Shown: one piece after another, positions 1 to 6,821 of the stretch
Numbering within the stretch: the first letter of the stretch is position 1
How the letters are laid out: each line of letters starts with the position of its first letter
From: Phycisphaerae bacterium
GTDB lineage: Bacteria > Planctomycetota > Phycisphaerae > UBA1845 > Fen-1342
Assembly (NCBI GenBank): GCA_963675745.2
Contig: CAXXWX010000023.1
Coordinates: 1 to 64,000 of the forward strand
Reading direction: 5' to 3'
DNA length: 64,000 nucleotides
The notes under the pieces: model-generated
The model's database searches: none
The model's input: only the letters and a program-made list of their open reading frames with translations
What the model was told of the DNA's origin: nothing
Translations under genes and position numbers: made by a program

Positions 1-387
<387 letters not shown>

Positions 388-558
388 GACGTCACCTCCT
401 CTGCGGCATGTTGCAGAAGTGTTAGATGCACCCTCGGGGCTGCGCCGCCATGCCGCAGCCGCCTCCGTTAGCCCTATTTGGTCACCCGGGCCACCCACTG
501 CGGGCCAGGTCAGACAAGGGAACGCATCAATATAGCGGCGATCATGCTAAACCGTCAA
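388..558 (-). promoter_or_regulatory. rpsB sigma70 promoter and structured 5' leader
   Basis: TTGACG (558-553)-N18-TATATT (534-529). The ~135-nt leader has hairpins GGCTGCG..CGCAGCC and CTTCTGC..GCAGAGG, the latter overlapping the SD. Confidence 0.7.
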
Positions 559-785
559 GAGCAGGCGCCGACCGCCAGAGCAGGTCACAGCGGTTACATT
601 CTCGGATAACGTCGCGCGGGGCAAGCGTGGGCCGGGTGTCACGCCTGCCAATCCGTCGTATTGGGCCAAAAACGGCGAGTGAGCGGCCAGACCGGCAGTA
701 CGGGAGTGGTTGCGATACACGGGATTACCCGCGGTGGTGCCGCCTGACCGGGATGCTCGGAGCGGCGCGGCGGCCGCCCGCCGGC

Positions 786-1272
786 TCAACCGGTCGCGTT
801 CCTCAGCGACGCACACGCCGCCCCTGATCGCGGGCGTCAACCACGTCAGGCACTTGCGACAGAGGTCGGGCGAGTCCATCAACCACAGCACGAGGGTATC
901 GCGGGCGATTCCGGCACCACATCTGGAGATAAGCAGATTGGGGTGGTCTTCGTACACCTTGAGCCGCAGCAATTCGCCAAAGCCGGGCAGTCGGCGCTCG
1001 ATCAGGGGTTCGAGTACGTCCGGTGTCACGTCGTCCTGCGCGATCTCAGTGCCGCCAATCGCGATGAACAAATCACAGCGACCGATCCACGTGTCGGCGG
1101 CGTGTCGGATCGCCGCCCGATCGCGCGCAATCGTGGCGCGGTGAATAAGGCTCGCGTCGAGTGATGGGAGCTCCTCGACAATGGCGGCTGCGCTGCGTTG
1201 AGCGCCATGATCCGCCACGCCCTCGTTGCACACACTCAAGATTACGGCGCGATCTTGGCATGCGCGCATCAT
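786..1272 (-). CDS. MogA/MoaB-family molybdenum cofactor biosynthesis protein (probable +1 frameshift near the 3' end)
   Basis: GGT..DDVTPD...LIERRLPGFGE...ISR.GAGI motifs. Removing one base of the run at 821-824 ends the protein at ..PAIRAACASLRNATG* (161 aa); otherwise it reads through to 547, over the rpsB promoter. Confidence 0.75.
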
Positions 1273-1423
1273 ATCACGATGCCAGGGCTGGATGTTGGCT
1301 TCTTGTCGACATCTGCGTTGACCACCCACGCAACAACGCGTGCGGCAGGCAGACCGTGGGATTCCGAGCCGGTGCCCCCGCCGCCGGCCATCGCCGCGCT
1401 GGATCGTGTTCCAGAGAATCAGG

Positions 1424-2125
1424 TCAAGGGCCCAGTGCAGGAGCGGTTGGGAGCGTCATGGGTGCATCGGGTATGAAACGCGCGCCCGCGGGCTTACGCA
1501 ACACCGCCGGCACGCCACCGACCCGTGTGCCGGGCGTCACGTCGGTGATGACCACAGCTCCGGGCTCAACGATGGCCTGACGCCCGACGCGTCGACCTGG
1601 GATTACGCACGCCCCGATTCCCAAATGGGCCAGATCGTCAACGCTGACGCCACCCGCCAGCCGCACCGCCGGATCAAGAAACACGCCGATCCCAAGCTGG
1701 TTGTCGTGCTCGATGATGCTGCCGGGCGACAGTACGCTGTGATCACCCAGGACGGCGTGTACGCAGACCATCACGCGCGCCCCGATGATCACATGCTTGC
1801 CGGTGATGGCCGATGGCGAGATCATGGCCAGTGGATGGATTGCCGACGCCAGTCGCGCGCCGCGCGCTTCCAGCTCACGCGCGATTCGAATGCGGGTCTC
1901 ATTATCTCCGATCGCGACAACAACATGGTCGATGCCGCGCGCTTTCAAGGCCGGCCATTGCTCGGCCCCTCCACACACCGCCAGCTCGTCAAGCACCAGC
2001 CCGTGCTTTTCGACGGCCGAGTCGAGGTACGCGGCGGGACGATACGCGTTCCCCTGGCGTAGGATGTCGCACACCATGCGCCCCAGGCCGCTCGCCCCGT
2101 AAATAGCCACGTTCACCGCCGACAT
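1424..2125 (-). CDS. NeuD/PglD-family sugar O-acetyltransferase (hexapeptide repeat)
   Basis: IYGASGLG Rossmann start, VVAIGDNETR, IHPLAMISPSA, IIEHDN, LbH repeats, GVPA ending. Confidence 0.9.
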   Translation of the reverse strand: MSAVNVAIYGASGLGRMVCDILRQGNAYRPAAYLDSAVEKHGLVLDELAVCGGAEQWPALKARGIDHVVVAIGDNETRIRIARELEARGARLASAIHPLAMISPSAITGKHVIIGARVMVCVHAVLGDHSVLSPGSIIEHDNQLGIGVFLDPAVRLAGGVSVDDLAHLGIGACVIPGRRVGRQAIVEPGAVVITDVTPGTRVGGVPAVLRKPAGARFIPDAPMTLPTAPALGP

Positions 2126-2302
2126 ATCGCTAATATCGGCAGGCTGACGGCGGTCGGCCGCGGCGGGCGCGGGATTTCGCGGTATTGATGGGCATGGTGT
2201 ATCCACGACCACGCGCGCGTGTGACGTCACGCATCATGTGTTAAGATGGTTATAGGTCGGCGTGGCGTGGGCCGCGCGGACCTCGTTACCAGGGAGGTGA
2301 TC

Positions 2303-2869
2303 ATGGCCAGGCTTTGCTTTCTTGCCCCGCTCGTCTTCATAGCCGTAATCGGCATGGTGCAACCAGAGGCAGGCGAATCAACAACTGACACGGACGCGAC
2401 CACAACGCAGGCGACCGGCGCGGCTCCGGAGACGGAGCAACCGGCGCGATCGCCTGGTAAGCCTTTTCAGGAAGACATCTTACGTACGCTGCTCAACGCG
2501 CGCGAGGCACCAACCATGATCGCGCCGCAGAATCCTGACGCCGTGAACGTCACGCCCACGGCCAATGAGGGCTCGGCGCGCGGGCAAAACGCGCTGCTCA
2601 TGGTCGAAGGCACAATGATCGTGGAACGGCCGGGTAGGCTCGCGCTTGCCGATGGCAAGGCGGAAATCTCGCTGCGCCTGAGCGACGGACGGCGCACGGT
2701 CACGATGCAGATCCTGCCCAATAGCCTGCTGGAGGCGATGGAGGCCGAGGCCCATTCGGGCACACCCGAGTTTGTCGTATCGGGCGAGATAACGACATAC
2801 CATGGAAGGAATTACCTGTTTCTTCACAAGGTGATTCGACGCGTTGGCCACGGGAATCTGGCTCCGTGA
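2303..2869 (+). CDS. Exported hypothetical protein
   Basis: SD GGAGG before ATG 2303; hydrophobic N-terminus; compact C-terminal domain (ILPNSLLEAME..FVVSGEITTYHGRNYL). Confidence 0.75.
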   Translation: MARLCFLAPLVFIAVIGMVQPEAGESTTDTDATTTQATGAAPETEQPARSPGKPFQEDILRTLLNAREAPTMIAPQNPDAVNVTPTANEGSARGQNALLMVEGTMIVERPGRLALADGKAEISLRLSDGRRTVTMQILPNSLLEAMEAEAHSGTPEFVVSGEITTYHGRNYLFLHKVIRRVGHGNLAP

Positions 2870-3110
2870 AGATAGGGTAACTGGGGACTTCTGGTTAAAT
2901 TTGTCGATAATCTGATAATTGAAGTCACACTTTATTCTTACCCTATACCGCAATATGTGGATATCAGATCTGCCGGGCACACGTTTTCTCGATTCCGGGA
3001 TGAACCGCTTCTGAGGGTAGTTACCTATAAAACGCCCGTATTAACATTAGCAGTTCACAATAGTTAAAATAACACGCCCCGCCCCATAACGACATGTGTT
3101 ATAACTGCTT
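2870..3110 (+). promoter_or_regulatory. AT-rich regulatory region with direct/inverted repeats and an extended -10
   Basis: Sharp AT enrichment. IR ATAGGGTAA (2872-2880)/TTACCCTAT (2938-2946). Direct repeats TAGTTA-N2/3-ATAA(A/C)ACGCCC at 3018-3037 and 3061-3079. TGtTATAAC at 3097-3105. Confidence 0.6.
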
Positions 3111-3423
3111 GTGTCAGGTGAGCGCAGCTCGATACTCGCGGCACCGCAGCCCGTCGCTCGCACCTGACATGGCACATGTGGATCCCGGTCGATAGAGCTC
3201 AGGGACGGGCTGCGGACGGCCGACTGCATCGGTTAAGAAAGGATGCTTCGCCGATGCATTTCTTACGCCCCGATTCTGGGGCACTGCGGATGCGTTTCCG
3301 GGTGAATTCGACACCGTCGACGTCCCGCCATCAAGATGGCGCAACAGCACGCTTGACCTTGGTGGCCCCCTCGCTCGAAACCAACCCCCAAAAGGACGTC
3401 AGGGTTGAATTCGCCCTCTTTTT
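3111..3423 (+). ncRNA. Candidate structured non-coding RNA of unknown family
   Basis: Dense complementary segments (listed in findings), G-U pairs favouring the + strand, upstream extended -10, terminal hairpin plus U-run, and no credible ORF. Confidence 0.5.
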
Positions 3424-5234
3424 GCGCGCAGCTCGCGGAGCATAAGCAACCGGCAAGTCCAGGAGTGCGTCTCGCGAACGTGTTCGGCCACGCGCGTCAG
3501 GCGCTGCGCGAGCACCGACGGTCGCGCGGCCCTGCTTGCGCACAGCGCACGCAGATCCTTTGCCCCGGCGAAGGTGTCAAAGTCCTGCCGCGGGTCGAAT
3601 ACACCGCCCAGGCTCTCACGCCGCAGCCGGCCACCGGGAGTGTGCATGGCAATCCGCCAGCCGCGGGCGGCAGCCTCCAGTAGTTCGCCGCTCAACGGGT
3701 CCGGGAGGCTGGGAAAAGCAACAAGTCCCGGCTCGGCGGCAGGCTGTAGATTCAGGGCGGTGGAAAGGCAATCCGACAACACCCGCAGCTTTGCCGAGGC
3801 CTGAGGCCCCCAGCCGCGCCCGACGACCCAGACGGCATCCGCCTGCCGCGTCAGAACGTCACTGATCCGGCGCAGAGTCACCGCCGGCACCAGCACGAAC
3901 TCGATCAAACGCAGGAATCCGCTACGCAGCGACTCTTCGCCAAGCCGAATGCCGCTGGTGCGGCTGGCGGTGGCAAGCAGGGTCTCGGGCTCGCGCACGT
4001 CGGCGCGTTCCCAGCGCTGCTCGACGGTCTGGCGCAGTTGCTTCCAAAGCAGTTTGTGCGTGGGCTGCTCGATTCCACAGGCAGCTTCGGAGTCGTTCGG
4101 CAGGTCGCCGACCAGCATCAGCGCCCCTGCCTCCTTCGCCGATGATTGGTGTGCAAGCCCCGAATCGCCGCAGGCCCAATAGAACGAATGGAGGCTTTCG
4201 TCGCCCGCACCAGCGCGACGGAGCGCTTGCTCGATCATCGGGCTGGCGGCCAGATGGATATCATCACCGGGACCAAGCTCCGCGGGAATGTCATCTCGAC
4301 GCAAGTGCCAGACGAAGCGCGCTCCCCGGGCGGCGTACGGAATCTGCGCGTGTGCCGAGCCGATGTTGATGGTCATGGTGGGCGCGAAATTGCTCAGCAG
4401 TTCGCACGCGCTTAGCACGTGGCCATCCAACGGCGAGTCGAGCACCGCGCGCGTTGCCTCCCAGCCGATCGCGTGGGCGGCACGCTCCAACTCCGCGGTC
4501 AAACGGTGGACGCGCGCATCAGGCGTCAGCGCCACGAGTGCCAGACGCTCACCGGCGCCCGGCGCCGGGCTTACCTTGGCGCGAAGGTCCTCCATGCGGC
4601 GGGCACGCGATGTCAGCACCGCCGCGTTCACCGCTTCACAGATTTCGCGCACGCGGTCGAGGTGTTTGGCCGACAGGTTCGGCAGCCGCAGGATGTTCCC
4701 CGGCGGCAAGAGACCCGGGTATCGTTCCAACAACTCGACCAGGTGGGCACGATCGTCGGCGGTGCTCACGATATGGCAGCGATGCTCTCGGAGCGCGCAA
4801 TCAAGGGGCCGAATGCGCAATACGGCCGCAATCACGCTCAGATCCTGCTCAAACACGAAGACGGCCACGTGTTGCGGCAAACGCTCGAGCAGCGAAGCGA
4901 GCTCCACGCCCGAGGCGAGCGCCGGCAGCGTGGCATTGAAATTTCCGCGGTCGTAATCTCTCAGGAGTGCCTCGGCGCGACGTTGGGGGATTGCCGACCC
5001 TCCCAGCCACCGGGGCGCTTCGCCGCCGGCCTCGATGCGCCAGTTCATAGCCCCATCGAGGGCCAGCGCCGGACGGTAGTGTGAAGGCAATTCGAAATCC
5101 GCGAGGCGCGCGGCCAGTTGCGGATGCGTCTCAGCGAGGGCCGCGTGATTGCGCTGCCGGATTTCGCCGTCGAGCGTCGCCGGGCGCAGGGCATCAAGCA
5201 ATGTCAAATCGACGGTATCGCCGGTCGCGCTCAT
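3399..5234 (-). CDS. Putative glycosyltransferase (Maf/DUF115-like N-terminus, CgeB/GT-B-like C-terminus)
   Basis: N-terminal RNHAALAETHPQLAARL and VFVFEQD resemble Maf-like proteins; C-terminal AEHVRETHSWTCRL resembles the CgeB-type ending. Confidence 0.55.
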   Translation of the reverse strand: MSATGDTVDLTLLDALRPATLDGEIRQRNHAALAETHPQLAARLADFELPSHYRPALALDGAMNWRIEAGGEAPRWLGGSAIPQRRAEALLRDYDRGNFNATLPALASGVELASLLERLPQHVAVFVFEQDLSVIAAVLRIRPLDCALREHRCHIVSTADDRAHLVELLERYPGLLPPGNILRLPNLSAKHLDRVREICEAVNAAVLTSRARRMEDLRAKVSPAPGAGERLALVALTPDARVHRLTAELERAAHAIGWEATRAVLDSPLDGHVLSACELLSNFAPTMTINIGSAHAQIPYAARGARFVWHLRRDDIPAELGPGDDIHLAASPMIEQALRRAGAGDESLHSFYWACGDSGLAHQSSAKEAGALMLVGDLPNDSEAACGIEQPTHKLLWKQLRQTVEQRWERADVREPETLLATASRTSGIRLGEESLRSGFLRLIEFVLVPAVTLRRISDVLTRQADAVWVVGRGWGPQASAKLRVLSDCLSTALNLQPAAEPGLVAFPSLPDPLSGELLEAAARGWRIAMHTPGGRLRRESLGGVFDPRQDFDTFAGAKDLRALCASRAARPSVLAQRLTRVAEHVRETHSWTCRLLMLRELRAKRGRIQP

Positions 5235-5386
5235 CAGCGTTGCGTCTGGTAGATCGCCATCGCCAGGATGAAGAGGAACATGAGTCCGTAGAGAATGCCG
5301 AACACGATCAGTGGCGTGCGCGAGCGGCGCTGCTCGGTTCCGAAGGGGGCGTTCGAGGTGTTGTTGTCAGTGCGCGGTTCGCTCAT
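5234..5386 (-). CDS. Small 50-aa single-pass membrane protein
   Basis: MSEPRTDNNTSNAPFGTEQRRSRTPLIVFGILYGLMFLFILAMAIYQTQR*. Starts 6 nt after the AI-2E stop; its stop overlaps the next ATG (TGATG). Confidence 0.7.
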   Translation of the reverse strand: MSEPRTDNNTSNAPFGTEQRRSRTPLIVFGILYGLMFLFILAMAIYQTQR

Positions 5387-5392
5387 GCGAAA

Positions 5393-6541
5393 CTACCCTG
5401 TCTGGTCGTGGTCGGCGCCGGGCGGCTCCGGGGGATCGGTGGCATCCGGCGAGGCGGCCAACCGTTTGATCTCAGGCAGCACGTACTCGCCGCCCAGCGC
5501 CTTGAGCGTACTGGCGATCGGGATCGAGAGCAACATGCCGAGCAGGCCGGCGACTTCGGCGCCGATCAGCAGGGCCACGATCGTGGTGACCGGGTGCAAA
5601 CCCGAGGTTCTGGCGGAGAAGTACGGGTAGAGCACGAACGATTCCAGCCCCTGCACAACGACGAATACCACCATCGCCAGGGCCACCGGGGCCGCCCAGG
5701 TGTCGGGAGAGTGGGCGTAGGTCACGAGCAAGACCGGCGGCAGCACGGCCATCGGTAGGAAAGGAACCAGGTTCAGCACCGCGACCGCAGCGCCAAACGG
5801 CAGACTGTACGGCACGCCGACCACCAGCCAGCCGATGCCGGTCAGCAGACCGACGATCACGCACACGACGGCCCGGCCGCGGAAGAACTCGGCGGTTTTC
5901 TCGTCGATCAGCTTTACGGTGTGGACAATGGTGGGCCGGTACGCCGCCGGTAGATGATCGCGCACCGCCGCCACCATGGCGTCGAATTGCCAGAGAAAGA
6001 AGAAGGCGAACATTGGGATGAGGATCAGGGCCGTCAGCAGAGAGCTGATACTCGAAAAGACCTGTCCCGCCAGTGAGACCTTCGACCAGGCGCTGGGGGC
6101 CTGGCCGCGCAACCATTGTGCCATCAACGAGTCGGCTTCGTGGTCGGAGGTCGCCTGTGTCGTTGCGGGCGCGTCCAGAAGACCTGGATACGTGTCGGTG
6201 ATCCACGCCTGGGTGCTCTCTATGTAGCCGGGCAGTGAATCCACCAGATTGCGGATCTGAATCTCCGCGGCCGTGCCCAGCAACAGCACACTGAACGTGA
6301 CCAGGATGAAACCGACGATGTATAAGCCCACCAGGGCGGTCAGCCGTTTGAATCCACGGCGTTCGATGACGCTGATGACGGGATTCAGTATGTACGCCAG
6401 CGCGAAGGAGACCGCCAGCAACGTCAACACGCCGTAGAGCATCCGGCAAAGCCAGACCAGCAGCACGGCGCCGGCGATAAGCGCCAGGAACCTGGCCCAG
6501 CGCTGGGCATTCTCGGACAGAGGTGGCAGATAGTCCTTCAT
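5393..6541 (-). CDS. AI-2E family transporter
   Basis: LAYILNPVIS, about 8 TM segments, QGLESFVLYP, GLHPVTTIVALLIGAEVAGLLGMLLSIP. Confidence 0.93.
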   Translation of the reverse strand: MKDYLPPLSENAQRWARFLALIAGAVLLVWLCRMLYGVLTLLAVSFALAYILNPVISVIERRGFKRLTALVGLYIVGFILVTFSVLLLGTAAEIQIRNLVDSLPGYIESTQAWITDTYPGLLDAPATTQATSDHEADSLMAQWLRGQAPSAWSKVSLAGQVFSSISSLLTALILIPMFAFFFLWQFDAMVAAVRDHLPAAYRPTIVHTVKLIDEKTAEFFRGRAVVCVIVGLLTGIGWLVVGVPYSLPFGAAVAVLNLVPFLPMAVLPPVLLVTYAHSPDTWAAPVALAMVVFVVVQGLESFVLYPYFSARTSGLHPVTTIVALLIGAEVAGLLGMLLSIPIASTLKALGGEYVLPEIKRLAASPDATDPPEPPGADHDQTG

Positions 6542-6821
6542 CGATTGCCCTCGAGATAGAAGCGGTCCGCGTCAGGCCCGCATCATACGTGAGCAAGCCG
6601 GTTGGTGGCAGTGGCCGGCCGAATTCGTCGCCGCGTACCGTTTTCCAAACGCCGGCAAGCCCGGCCTCAGCGACGGGATGAGGCACTCAGCGGCGGGACG
6701 GCGGGCCGGGTGGCAGGCGGATAAACCGTGCCGCGGGCCCGCACTGCCATTGACCGCCCACCCGCCCCCCCGATAATGTCCGGAGTCGCATTCTTCTGGT
6801 CACGAGCGTGGGACGCACATT

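Noticed and set aside
547..785. C-terminal extension of the mog-like ORF in the track
   Set aside because: It overlaps the rpsB promoter and disappears with a single-base correction.
2893..2964. Possible dif site or oriC (ACTTCAATTATCAGATTATCGACAAAT on the - strand; TGTGGATAT)
   Set aside because: Arm spacing and the XerD half do not fit the 11-6-11 dif consensus. There is only one imperfect DnaA box and no dnaA/dnaN nearby.
3202..3330. tRNA/tmRNA-like look (GGGACG...TTCGAC...CGTCCC-GCCA)
   Set aside because: The bases flanking TTCGAC do not form a T-stem, there are no D or anticodon arms, and tmRNA ends are absent. The segments pair better within the larger RNA model.
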